Below, one piece after another: positions 55,238 to 63,991 of a stretch of DNA of 64,000 bases (the stretch's first letter is position 1; every line of letters starts with the position of its first letter). A model generated the notes under the pieces. That model ran no database searches and was not told the DNA's origin. It saw only the letters and a list, made by a program, of their open reading frames with translations. The stretch is from Methanobacteriota archaeon (GTDB taxonomy: Archaea; Thermoplasmatota; Thermoplasmata; SG8-5; DAIRED01), in NCBI GenBank assembly GCA_043799545.1, contig JAZDNO010000006.1:157868-221867 (forward strand). Reading direction: 5' to 3'. The position numbers and the translations under genes are program-made.

Positions 55238-55720
55238 CAGCTTGGCTAGGGCTTTGGCGCCGTCTTTGCTCACATGAGTGTAGAGCATAGTCGTCCTGAG
55301 ATTCTTATGGCCCAGCAATTCCTGAATGTGGCGCATGTCCGCGCCGCCCTCCATCAGGTGCGTGGCGAAAGAGTGCCGCAGGGTATGGGGCGTGACATCC
55401 TTCTTGATGCCCGCCTTCCTCGCTGCCTTGTCCACGACGAGCTGGATGCTCCTCGGGCTGTACTTTCCGCCCCTGTTCGAGACGAGTATCAGGCCCCTCC
55501 CCTCGCCTAGGAGTCGCAAGCCCTCCGCGAGCTTGGGGTGGAGGAAGACCACGCGCTCCTTCCCTCCCTTGGCGACCCTCAGGTGGATCGTTCCCCTCTC
55601 GAAGCCCACGTCCTCCCAGCGCAGGCTCGTCGCCTCGTCGAGGCGCAGCCCGGCGGAATATAACAGCATCATGGCGACGCGGTGCTTGAGGTTGTGCGTC
55701 GAGCCGAGCATCCTACGCAC
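55232..55720 (-). CDS. Tyrosine recombinase, catalytic domain only (N-terminally truncated integrase remnant?)
   Basis: GLRLDEATSLRWEDV...VAKGGKERVV...TPHTLRHSFATHLME.G.D...IQELLGHKNLRTTMLYTHV gives the R..HxxR..Y set. The open frame stops at 55795 with no core-binding domain, and the first start is GTG 55720. Confidence 0.75.
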   Translation of the reverse strand: MRRMLGSTHNLKHRVAMMLLYSAGLRLDEATSLRWEDVGFERGTIHLRVAKGGKERVVFLHPKLAEGLRLLGEGRGLILVSNRGGKYSPRSIQLVVDKAARKAGIKKDVTPHTLRHSFATHLMEGGADMRHIQELLGHKNLRTTMLYTHVSKDGAKALAKLL

Positions 55721-55897
55721 CTCGTCCCTGCCGAGGACAGCCGGGAGCTTGCGCGCCTTCTTCGCCAGCGGGATGAATATATAAATCCCTGTGAGTTATT
55801 AAAGAATATAATTATCATGGATTCTAGATTGGACGCCTGAAACCGATTCCGCTTCTCCGCAAACCCTTTTCTGCTCCTGCACCATTACAAGGTGTAG

Positions 55898-56323
55898 ATG
55901 TCCAAGAGCGAATCTCGAGAAATCCTCTCCAAGTGCGCCTACCGCTGCGACCTTTGCCTGGCCTACGGCCCGAACGTCGCGGGGGAGGACCGCCGCGCCG
56001 AGCTGAGCGACGGCTGGCACGCCATCTTCGGCTTCAGGATACCGCCGGAGAATATTGTCTGCGACGGCTGCGCCTCGGGTGAGAACCCGCGCCTTATAGA
56101 CAAGGGCTGCCCCGTGAGGCCGTGCGTCGTCGCGAGGAAGCTGGACAACTGCGGACAATGCGGCGACTACCCATGTGTTAAGATTGGCGAGCGTATTGTG
56201 AGCCGAACGGAGCTGGAGAAGAAGCTCGGGCGGAAGCTGACGAGGCGGGAGCACGAGCTGTTCGTGAAGCCGTACGAATCTGGGAAGCGGCTAGAGAATA
56301 TCCAAAAGCAGCGTAAACGCTGA
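55898..56323 (+). CDS. DUF3795-like Cys-rich protein
   Basis: CAYRCDLCLAY...CDGC......DKGCPVRPCVVARKLDNCGQCGDYPC matches my memory of the DUF3795 cysteine pattern. Confidence 0.7.
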   Translation: MSKSESREILSKCAYRCDLCLAYGPNVAGEDRRAELSDGWHAIFGFRIPPENIVCDGCASGENPRLIDKGCPVRPCVVARKLDNCGQCGDYPCVKIGERIVSRTELEKKLGRKLTRREHELFVKPYESGKRLENIQKQRKR

Positions 56324-56366
56324 TCAATTGTCTACTAAATGCTCTATAAATGACCACGAGCAAGCA

Positions 56367-56891
56367 TCACTGGTACATCGAGGCATCGTATCCGCACGTC
56401 GGGCAGATGTTGTCCATCTCGTCCATGTGCCCGCCGCACAGCTCGCACTTGCGACCAGTATCTTCTGGCTCGCCTTCCGGCTCGGCGGCGAAGAGGGTCA
56501 TCACCATCTCCTGGCACCCCTCCCACTCGGACATGTCCCCCGTCCAGTTCTTGCACTGGAGCCAGTACCTCTCCTTGATGGCATTCATTGTGTTCTCTAC
56601 CCTGCTCTGCATCTTCGCGTCGGCCCTCCCGCTGTATATCACCGCGAGATAGAGGTGGTCTCCCAGTTCTATTAGGAGGTTCCTGTCCTCGAATTCCAGG
56701 CGCTTGAGGGACCACTGGCCAGCGCCGAACGCTTCCCGCACGAAGCTCTGGATGGCGGTCAGCATCCCGGCGACTATGTCCGAATCCTGCCCCCCCTCGT
56801 CCCGTGCGCTAGCATATGTGACGAGGCATCCGCTGTTGCTGTGAATCAGGAACGCTTGCAATATCTGCGGATTGTCTCCGGCCATACCCAT
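56367..56891 (-). CDS. Soluble Roadblock/longin-like domain protein with a C-terminal zinc ribbon (paralogue of the 41301 tail domain)
   Basis: AFLIHSNSGCLVTY...DSDIVAGMLTAIQSFVREAF...LKRLEFEDRNLLIELGDHLYLAVIYSG...KNWTGDMSEWE aligns with the tail of 41301..44528. The C-terminus carries CELCGG...CPTCG. Confidence 0.7.
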   Translation of the reverse strand: MGMAGDNPQILQAFLIHSNSGCLVTYASARDEGGQDSDIVAGMLTAIQSFVREAFGAGQWSLKRLEFEDRNLLIELGDHLYLAVIYSGRADAKMQSRVENTMNAIKERYWLQCKNWTGDMSEWEGCQEMVMTLFAAEPEGEPEDTGRKCELCGGHMDEMDNICPTCGYDASMYQ

Positions 56892-57042
56892 TGACGCCCT
56901 CGATGGTAAAAGCGAATGGCGCTTAGGGATATAACAGTTTTGTGATTGCCGCGAACGAGTGAATCAGTTCGCTGGCCTGAGATCCGGTCGCATGCGCGCG
57001 AAGGGCAAACTATTTTCTACCACGGTCACATAATCCAGCATC

Positions 57043-57909
57043 ATGAAAGTCCGCGCAGAGTGCGCCCCGTGCCTGCTCAAGCGCATACTCTACGAGACGA
57101 ACCAGGTCGACCCCCGGAAGGCGAAGGAGGTCATGACCGCCGCTATAGAGGAGCTCGCAAAGGCCTGGGACCCCGAGGAGACGTCCACGGTGATAGCCGC
57201 GAAGGTTCACAGGCGGGCATACGACGCAATCGGGAGCGACGACCCGTACGCGCGGATGAAATGGTTATCCAACGATATAGCCAGGAAGCTGCTTCCGAAG
57301 GCGAAACGCAAGGTGGCAAAATCAAAAGACAGGCTGCGCGATGCGGTCCTCGCCTCGATTATCGGGAACGTTCTGGATTTCGGCATCCGCTCGGCGGTCG
57401 ACCATCCAGACGGGCTCAAAGCCAGCTTCGACGGCCTCTGGGAGGAGGGGCTTCACCGTGATGACGTTGGAAAGATGGCCAAGCACATCAGGAAAGGGAC
57501 GAAGATTGTGTACTTGACAGACAACTGCGGAGAGATAATCTTCGACACGATTTTGCTGGACGAGCTACGTGCGAGGGGAGCGCACGTCACACTGGTCGTA
57601 AAGGGGCAGAAGATACTTACCGACGCTACTCTGGAGGATGTCGAGGCTCTCGGCATCAGAAAGCATGTGGACGCAGTTGCTACCACAGAGGGCTTCGCGG
57701 TTGGCCTGCCCATACGGCCAATACCGCCAAAACTGAAGAAGCTGCTGGCTGGCGCGGACCTGATTGTGGCCAAGGGGATGGGCAACTACGAAGCGTTATC
57801 GGACCAGCCTTTCAAACCTATCATCTACCTCATGCGCACGAAGTGTGACCCTGTGGCTGAGAGCATCGGCGAGCCGATGGATACGAATGTCGCGAAGCTC
57901 TTTGCGTGA
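57043..57909 (+). CDS. DUF89/ARMT1-like damage-control phosphatase
   Basis: N-terminus ECAPCLLKRILYE, then YLTDNCGEIIFDTILLDEL and AKGMGNYEAL. Confidence 0.85.
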   Translation: MKVRAECAPCLLKRILYETNQVDPRKAKEVMTAAIEELAKAWDPEETSTVIAAKVHRRAYDAIGSDDPYARMKWLSNDIARKLLPKAKRKVAKSKDRLRDAVLASIIGNVLDFGIRSAVDHPDGLKASFDGLWEEGLHRDDVGKMAKHIRKGTKIVYLTDNCGEIIFDTILLDELRARGAHVTLVVKGQKILTDATLEDVEALGIRKHVDAVATTEGFAVGLPIRPIPPKLKKLLAGADLIVAKGMGNYEALSDQPFKPIIYLMRTKCDPVAESIGEPMDTNVAKLFA

Positions 57910-59373
57910 GATTTTCATTTGACCGTCGGATTCTTTCAGCACGACGGCCAGAAAGATGAAGCAAAAGAACAACCCGCCAAGAAATGAGAAGAAAATGGAG
58001 GTCAGCATGGCTCCCGAGGCCATCGCAGGTACGAGCGCTTTCCTGTCCCGCTTGAAGATGTGAGCCATTCTCGCCAAAAGATAGCACACCCCCAACCAGA
58101 TAATCCAGAAGACCGCCAAAGCTTCCATGAACCCCAGGACTGCACGGTTGTCACTAATCCACAGAGCGGAACTCATAGTTTGGTCTGTCAGCCATTCTAC
58201 CAATCCAGCGTCGACGAGCTTCGCCTCGAGGTCGTAATCCGGAGCGGTTGGACCGTAGTCGAACAGGTAATACCTGCTGCCGTCCATCGTGATTACAGCA
58301 GTCGCCTTGTTGAAATTCAGGCCTTTGTCGGAAGGTATTTTAAAAGCGACCTTCACATCGCCCTGGCCAGACCAGGATGGCGATGTGCCGAGGGGAAAGA
58401 ACGCCTTGCCGTCGTCGAGAGGAAGGCTCGCTGTGAGCTCGAACCCCTCCGACGGGAGGAGGCCGTAGGTTGCGAGAATAATCTGTGTGAAAATGTCGTA
58501 CGATGATGGGTCATGAACTTGAGATAAAATGGCAGCCAACTGCTCGTCCAGGATATTGAGATTGAGATAACGGTATCGACCATCTGTAAAATATTCGGCG
58601 TCGAGCTTACCATAGCCCGCTATGGATATGTCCAAGGAATCGTGCTCCGCCACATACTCCTTAAATAACCCAAGCACCCCGGGGTACGAGGTTTCGAATT
58701 GCCGATACTTTATTTCGTCAATGGGCGGGCGCGTGGTGACGTTAATGATTGCCGCATTGTAGGCTCCGTACTCGTCAATGGTTTTTTGAAGATCGTCCGG
58801 CACGGGAATTCCCAGCGCGGCGAAGGTCGTGTTGACGGAGGCTACATCGCCGAAACTGGCAACGGATGCGCTGAGACCGTCGTCAACGTATATGGGCTCG
58901 CTGTAATAGCCGCCTCCGCCGGACATGTAACCAGCTGTCATCACATACAAGCCCATCGGCACAGCCGTCATTATCGCCAGTGTGCCCATGGAGTCAACGC
59001 AGCTATCGCACATATCGCCCAAGGCCGAGTCCGCCTTCTCCGCGATGGCCGAGAGCGCGCGCATGTGGTGACCACTCTCGAAGTGCGAATCGTTAGTTCG
59101 CGCCAGTCTGACCCAGTTTGGTGCTGTCTTCAACGGAACCAGCACCGTGGCTTTGTTCCCGGGCTCGAGGGAGGTTATAGAAATGTAGAGCGAAATCGTC
59201 TCATTGCCGTCGCCGCCTACATCCACCAGCGCAATCTGTCTGTTCTCCCTTAGAGTCCTGTGTACCGTAACGGTCGCCACAGGCATACCATCCCCACTCG
59301 CCAGACCGCTCAGTGCTGAGAGAACGATGCAGGCTGCGATTACCGAAACCAAGGCGTGTTTCATCTGTATCAC
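57796..59373 (-). CDS. Secreted/membrane-anchored protein of unknown function (low GC)
   Basis: Signal peptide MKHALVSVIAACIVLSALSGLASG and C-terminal TM helices (VFWIIWLGVCYLL, IFFSFLGGLFFCFIFLAVVL). About 47% GC. The last 38 codons overlap the DUF89 gene convergently. Confidence 0.65.
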   Translation of the reverse strand: MIQMKHALVSVIAACIVLSALSGLASGDGMPVATVTVHRTLRENRQIALVDVGGDGNETISLYISITSLEPGNKATVLVPLKTAPNWVRLARTNDSHFESGHHMRALSAIAEKADSALGDMCDSCVDSMGTLAIMTAVPMGLYVMTAGYMSGGGGYYSEPIYVDDGLSASVASFGDVASVNTTFAALGIPVPDDLQKTIDEYGAYNAAIINVTTRPPIDEIKYRQFETSYPGVLGLFKEYVAEHDSLDISIAGYGKLDAEYFTDGRYRYLNLNILDEQLAAILSQVHDPSSYDIFTQIILATYGLLPSEGFELTASLPLDDGKAFFPLGTSPSWSGQGDVKVAFKIPSDKGLNFNKATAVITMDGSRYYLFDYGPTAPDYDLEAKLVDAGLVEWLTDQTMSSALWISDNRAVLGFMEALAVFWIIWLGVCYLLARMAHIFKRDRKALVPAMASGAMLTSIFFSFLGGLFFCFIFLAVVLKESDGQMKISRKELRDIRIHRLADALSHRVTLRAHEVDDRFERLVR

Positions 59374-59480
59374 CTTCGATAACTTGATTCCTTGGTTTAA
59401 GTACTCTGAGCTCAGATGTGAGTCACATGTGACTGTAGAAACCTATTTCTCCCTGGCCCGGAATCCACCCTTGGACCACC

Positions 59481-60572
59481 ATGGACCCATTCGAGTACGC
59501 GCACCAGAGGGCGAAGGACATTGTCTGGATGAGCCAGAACACGAACCATCTGCCCAGCCACCCGGCCGTGGACGAGGCAATAATGGGCTCGGTGCGCGAC
59601 CACGAATACAATCTGTATCCGCACTCCAAGGGTGTCCAGGGCCTCCCCGAGGCGATTCTTAACGACTTGCATGCCCCGTCCGGCTATCACGCTCTGGTAA
59701 CGAACGGGGGCATCGAAGCCCTCTACATCATGACAAGGACGCTTCTCAAGCCAGGCGACACGGTCGTCGCAACGGACCCCAGTTTTTTGCCTATCCATGA
59801 CGAGATAAGGATGTGCGGGGCTATCCCGAAGGAATTGAACATCTACCGCCCGCCGTGGAAGCTCACTCCCGAGTGGGTGAACGAATCCATAGACGGTTCG
59901 ACCAGGATGCTGCTGCTCATCGACCCCATCAACCCCCTCGGAACGACATACACGAAGGACGAGGTCCGCGCCCTTTGCGAGATTGCCGAGGACAGGCAGC
60001 TCACGGTCATCGACGACCTCACTTACAGGGACTTCAACCCCAACCACGTGCCTGCATACCAGTTCCTGCCGGACTCCACAGTCGTCGCATACTCCTTCTC
60101 GAAGAGCTGCGGGATGGCCGGGATGCGCCTGGGCGCTCTCGTGGCTCCGGAAAAACTCATGGATAAGCTGAAGGTCTACAATACCAACGTGCTGTCCGCG
60201 AACGTGCTGGCTCAAAGGGCCGCGCTCGCGGCACTGAAGACCAAGCCCCAGTGGCTCGACGGCATGCGCAAGACCGTCCAGAGAAACCAGGAAATCATCA
60301 AGTCCGCGGTGGACAAGGTCAACGGCACATTCATCCCGGTCTATCCGTCCTGCGCGAACATGCTCGTGATTGACGTGGGCAACACCGGCGTCGACCCGGA
60401 CAAGGTCCAGGAGAAGATGCTCTACGAGCACCAGGTATTCGTGAGGTCTGGCAAGTACGTCTCCAAGGCGTACGGGGCGAGGTTCGTCCGCGTTTCGTTC
60501 ACGGTGCCGGAGGAGGGCGCGCAGAAGTTCGCTAAGGCCTTCGTCCAGGTCATGACAGAACTGACGAGGTGA
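59481..60572 (+). CDS. Class I/II PLP-dependent aminotransferase
   Basis: Fold-type I layout with LLIDPINPLGT, DDLTYRDF and the PLP-lysine motif YSFSKSCGMAGMRLG. 363 aa. Confidence 0.9.
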   Translation: MDPFEYAHQRAKDIVWMSQNTNHLPSHPAVDEAIMGSVRDHEYNLYPHSKGVQGLPEAILNDLHAPSGYHALVTNGGIEALYIMTRTLLKPGDTVVATDPSFLPIHDEIRMCGAIPKELNIYRPPWKLTPEWVNESIDGSTRMLLLIDPINPLGTTYTKDEVRALCEIAEDRQLTVIDDLTYRDFNPNHVPAYQFLPDSTVVAYSFSKSCGMAGMRLGALVAPEKLMDKLKVYNTNVLSANVLAQRAALAALKTKPQWLDGMRKTVQRNQEIIKSAVDKVNGTFIPVYPSCANMLVIDVGNTGVDPDKVQEKMLYEHQVFVRSGKYVSKAYGARFVRVSFTVPEEGAQKFAKAFVQVMTELTR

Positions 60573-60576
60573 GGAG

Positions 60577-60903
60577 GTGACGGCGGATGACCTGCTGCCA
60601 ATCGTGCTGCTCCTAGCTCTTGTGGCCGCCTTCGCGGCCATCCTGGCGTTCTGGGCGCTGTCCAGGATTGCGAAGTCCGTCCACAAGCTCGCCTGGATAA
60701 TGGAGGGCGGGGTGCCGACGTTCCAGCTCAAGGAGGAGCGCTGCCCCAAGTGCAAGACGGACAATCCCATAGGCTGGCGCTTCTGCGGCAAGTGCGGCAA
60801 GGATTCTCCGTACGGTTACACGTGCACTGACTGCGGCCAGCCATCGCTGGAGGATCAGAAGTTCTGCACATACTGCGGGAAGAAGTTCGAGGGGAAGGCG
60901 TAG
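60577..60903 (+). CDS. Membrane-anchored double zinc-ribbon protein
   Basis: N-terminal TM LLPIVLLLALVAAFAAILAFWAL, then CPKC...CGKCG and CTDCG...CTYCG. GTG start 4 nt after the aminotransferase stop. Confidence 0.6.
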   Translation: MTADDLLPIVLLLALVAAFAAILAFWALSRIAKSVHKLAWIMEGGVPTFQLKEERCPKCKTDNPIGWRFCGKCGKDSPYGYTCTDCGQPSLEDQKFCTYCGKKFEGKA

Positions 60904-61071
60904 GAACCAGCGCGGAACCAACCGGCAAAGGTTATATGGGGGATTGAATTACAGAAGATTGCCAAGGCGGGCCCCGGGCCATATCGGAAGAACTCGCTCC
61001 CGTAGGCGCTCGACGATGGCTGCGGCCGCGTCGGCGCACAACGGTCGCTCAGACGTTAAAAGCTTTTATTC

Positions 61072-61144
61072 GCTCCCGTAGTGTAGCGGCCAATCATCGG
61101 GGCCTTTCGAGCCTTGGACGTGGGTTCGAATCCCGCCGGGAGCA
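61072..61144 (+). tRNA. tRNA-Glu(UUC): tRNA-Glu (anticodon UUC), no encoded CCA
   Basis: Acceptor GCTCCCG/CGGGAGC plus discriminator A. Anticodon arm GGGGC-CTTTCGA-GCCTT (two G:U pairs). T arm GTGGG-TTCGAAT-CCCGC. The A/T-rich AAAGCTTTTATT lies within ~20 nt upstream. Confidence 0.95.
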
Positions 61145-61154
61145 CTTTTTTTTA
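61145..61154 (+). terminator. Oligo-T tract (archaeal-type terminator) after tRNA-Glu
   Basis: C followed by nine T directly after the discriminator base. Confidence 0.5.
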
Positions 61155-61159
61155 TCTGG

Positions 61160-62317
61160 CTAATTCTCAATCAGAGGGTTTTTCCTATCTGGCTGGATGC
61201 TGGCTATGGGGTTTTGGCCCCATGCGTTTTCCACCAAACTGAAGGCGTGCGAGTCCCTCATCCGGGCGTAGTGCCTCTCCGTGGTCTGCGTCGTGGCGTG
61301 GCCGAGGAGCTTCGAGATGGCTTCTATGGGCACGCCCCGGTCCTTGAGGTGCTGGCCGCACGTGTTCCTCAGTTTTCGCAGCTCGAACCTCACGCCTGAG
61401 CGCGCCTCCACCTCCCGCTTCATCTTCAGGATGGCGTTTCCCGTGTAGGGCTCTTCCGGCACCTTCTTCTTGCTCAGGTTGGGTATCAGGTTCTGGTTTC
61501 CGGCCATCCCTCGTTCTCTCAGCTTTCGTTCCCTGGCGTCCAGGTAATCGAGGACCACCGTCCTCAGGGGAGGGGGTATGGGTACAGTCCTCTTGTTCCC
61601 CCACGAACCCTCGCCCTTCGGGTGCCGGACCTTCAGCAACCACGTCTTCGTGTCAAGATCCTCGAGGTGCGCCTTTCTCAGCTCGCCGGGCCGCAGGCCG
61701 GTGTAGTAGTGCGCCGGGATGATGAATCCCATGACATCGCCCTGCCATCCGTCCAGCGTCTTGGCGACTTGTATTATCGTCGTCACCTCGTCCTCGGTCA
61801 GGCACGTCAGCTCCTTCATGTAGTTCGCCTTGGGGAGCTGCTTGCGCACCCGGAGCGACCCCATCAGGGGGTTACCGCTCCACATCGTCAGGTTCCTGAG
61901 GAACTGGAGGTACTTCACCTGCGTGTTCACGTCGAAGCCCTCACCTCGCATCCACATGACGAAGGCGCCCAGGTCATGCTCCCCGAGCTTCCCGGGGTCG
62001 GTGGTCGACACCTTCCCTGTCTGTTGTAGTTCTCCCAACGCCGTGTGTATGCGCCTCAAAGTCCTTCCCTCGTTCGCCAGGGTGCTCGCGGCCCTGTATG
62101 GCTCTATTTCCCTCAGGTAGGCCTTCAGGCGCGTCAGGAACGGATATCGTCCCATGGACCGCGCCCTCCTTGGTCTTCCCTGCCGCTTCCGCACCACGGA
62201 GCCGCACCTGCGCCCGCTAACGAAGTCCCGAGAGACTTCCGTGGACGCATGCGCATGCTTCCTGAAGCCTGTTACGGCCTCATTCACGGTATGTCCCCCG
62301 GGACTATTAATATTCAT
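61160..62317 (-). CDS. Tyrosine-type integrase of an integrated element
   Basis: ...GLRPGELRKAHLEDL..., HPKGEGSWGNKRTVPI, LRNTCGQHLKDRGVPIEAISKLLGHATTQTTERHYARM. The stop lies 16 nt from the tRNA-Glu 3' end. The start overlaps the upstream ORF (ATGA); an alternative Met is at 62155. Confidence 0.9.
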   Translation of the reverse strand: MNINSPGGHTVNEAVTGFRKHAHASTEVSRDFVSGRRCGSVVRKRQGRPRRARSMGRYPFLTRLKAYLREIEPYRAASTLANEGRTLRRIHTALGELQQTGKVSTTDPGKLGEHDLGAFVMWMRGEGFDVNTQVKYLQFLRNLTMWSGNPLMGSLRVRKQLPKANYMKELTCLTEDEVTTIIQVAKTLDGWQGDVMGFIIPAHYYTGLRPGELRKAHLEDLDTKTWLLKVRHPKGEGSWGNKRTVPIPPPLRTVVLDYLDARERKLRERGMAGNQNLIPNLSKKKVPEEPYTGNAILKMKREVEARSGVRFELRKLRNTCGQHLKDRGVPIEAISKLLGHATTQTTERHYARMRDSHAFSLVENAWGQNPIASIQPDRKNPLIEN

Positions 62318-63186
62318 CCCGGACCTCCCCGAACGTGCCTGTCGTCGTAGGCCAGTATCGTGGGTTCCGGGCTCATGTCGTGCAGTATCTCGATGAAGCG
62401 AGTGAGCATCACCCGCGTGCGCCTGTTGTCGCTGGAGAGGGCGCGTATGCCCTTTTCCAGGGCGTTCACCTGCTCTCTGAGGTCCGAGACGCCTAACGGG
62501 GCGTTACCGCGCAGGAAGCTCACGACCTCGTCCAGGCCGAGGTTCGTGTACATGTGAACTTCTTGTCTTACTCCGATGCCCTGCTTGTTGTACCATCTGG
62601 CGATGTAGCCCCTGGCGTCCTTCATCGTGATCGAGTTGCATCCCTCTATCCAGTACCCGGCGCGGTCAACGTTGATGCCGATGGAGCGGAACACCCAGGC
62701 GTAGGAGTAGAAGTCCGGGTAGAAAAGCCCCTCCAGATAGCTCAGGTAGGCGTCCAGCTCGGGGACTGTCAGCGAGTTCTCGGAGGTGGTCAGGCTCGCC
62801 TCCAATGTCGAAGGTGCGTGCATGATTCGTACTCGACGCTGGCGCCACGAAGCCTCGAAGACGCGCTTGTTGCCTTCTAGCACCCACTCCGGGGCTTTTT
62901 CTACACCGGTGATAGAAGTTGATAGAAGGGGAGACCCTCCCTCCAATTTTGATAGATTCGCCACCATTTGGATTCCGTGGAAGGAGACATGCCCTTCCGA
63001 CAGTTCGACCGGCTTCTTCCGCTCCTCCTCCCGGTACTTATAGAACCCCCTGACCTCCCTAGTGACCTGGCCTTTTTTAAGCAATCTGGCCAGCGCCATG
63101 TTGACCGTGGCCTGCCTGATGCCCGTCGCCTTCGCTATGGTCGGGGCGTTGAACTCGTTCGGAGAGTTCTCGAACAGGTATGACAC
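62314..63186 (-). CDS. Element-encoded protein with an N-terminal winged-helix DNA-binding domain (regulator/Rep candidate)
   Basis: FNAPTIAKATGIRQATVNMALARLLKKGQVTREVRGFYKY is wHTH. The remaining ~220 aa have no motif I recognise. Confidence 0.65.
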   Translation of the reverse strand: MSYLFENSPNEFNAPTIAKATGIRQATVNMALARLLKKGQVTREVRGFYKYREEERKKPVELSEGHVSFHGIQMVANLSKLEGGSPLLSTSITGVEKAPEWVLEGNKRVFEASWRQRRVRIMHAPSTLEASLTTSENSLTVPELDAYLSYLEGLFYPDFYSYAWVFRSIGINVDRAGYWIEGCNSITMKDARGYIARWYNKQGIGVRQEVHMYTNLGLDEVVSFLRGNAPLGVSDLREQVNALEKGIRALSSDNRRTRVMLTRFIEILHDMSPEPTILAYDDRHVRGGPG

Positions 63187-63255
63187 TACTTTCTGCTCTA
63201 CCGGGATGACCCTTCCCCCCTGGTGATTCTATCTGATAGATTCGGGCGCATTTCC

Positions 63256-63546
63256 CTAGCTCGCGGCGTTCCCGGGCTTGTCGACGATCGGAGGCCTGCG
63301 ATCTTCGGTCCTATCCTCGCGGCGTCCGTAGCCTTCAGACGCTCTGTAGGCCTCGGCGCGGCGGTCCTTCAGGACCTCGCACTTCAGCTCGACCTTGCGC
63401 CTCAGCTCCTCGTAGAGCGCTTCCGCTACCTCATCGGCGTTGTTGTCCGTGACCACAGCGCATTCGGTCATCTCGACCCTCATGGACTCGAAATTACCCA
63501 GGTTGACGGTTCTCCCGAAGCTCACCTTGACCTCCTTCACGAACAT
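63256..63546 (-). CDS. Hypothetical protein (element)
   Basis: 96-aa ORF co-oriented with the integrase module, overlapping the next ORF by 10 nt. Confidence 0.45.
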   Translation of the reverse strand: MFVKEVKVSFGRTVNLGNFESMRVEMTECAVVTDNNADEVAEALYEELRRKVELKCEVLKDRRAEAYRASEGYGRREDRTEDRRPPIVDKPGNAAS

Positions 63547-63791
63547 ACGACACCTCCGAGCGCGCTGGCCTGCAGGCGCATCATTCGGCGATACTCGAGC
63601 AGCTCCCTCAGCGCCTCAGAGTGCCAGCACTTGCGCTTAAAGTAGAAGCCTGGGCATGTGCATCTGACCTGGCTGCCTTGGACCTCGACAGTGTGGCGCA
63701 CGTCGGGGTAGGTCGTGGATTGGACACGGAGCTTCATGATGCTGCCCCCTGGACTCGGTGGAGCCTTCCAAACTTGTCTCGGTACAACCAT
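63537..63791 (-). CDS. SWIM zinc-finger protein (element)
   Basis: CTCPGFYFKRKCWH fits the CxCx(n)CxH SWIM signature. The likely true start is MKLRVQS (63737). Confidence 0.6.
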   Translation of the reverse strand: MVVPRQVWKAPPSPGGSIMKLRVQSTTYPDVRHTVEVQGSQVRCTCPGFYFKRKCWHSEALRELLEYRRMMRLQASALGGVVCS

Positions 63792-63991
63792 CCCTGGTCT
63801 AGCATGATCTCCAGGTACTCGTTCAGCACTCCCGCGCTCGTCCCGTCTAGCCCGACGTCGTGCCTAATCTGCGCAACCACGTCGGCTAATGGCCTCCCCT
63901 CGCACCTCTCGAACAGCCAAGCCCGAAACTTGACCACACTTGGAGCCTGAGAAAACATCAGGTCCAGCTCGCTCCTAATCGCCTGGCGCAC
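63734..63991 (-). CDS. Hypothetical protein (element), may extend beyond the window
   Basis: 85-aa ORF co-oriented with the module. It overlaps the SWIM ORF and lies close to the window edge. Confidence 0.4.
   Translation of the reverse strand: MRQAIRSELDLMFSQAPSVVKFRAWLFERCEGRPLADVVAQIRHDVGLDGTSAGVLNEYLEIMLDQGWLYRDKFGRLHRVQGAAS

Noticed and set aside
60994-61005. Exact 12-nt copy (TCGCTCCCGTAG) of the tRNA-Glu 5' end, 76 nt upstream of the tRNA
   Set aside because: It is too short to interpret. Integrase att duplications normally involve the tRNA 3' part. It could be a relic of an old event or chance, and no flanking similarity was seen.
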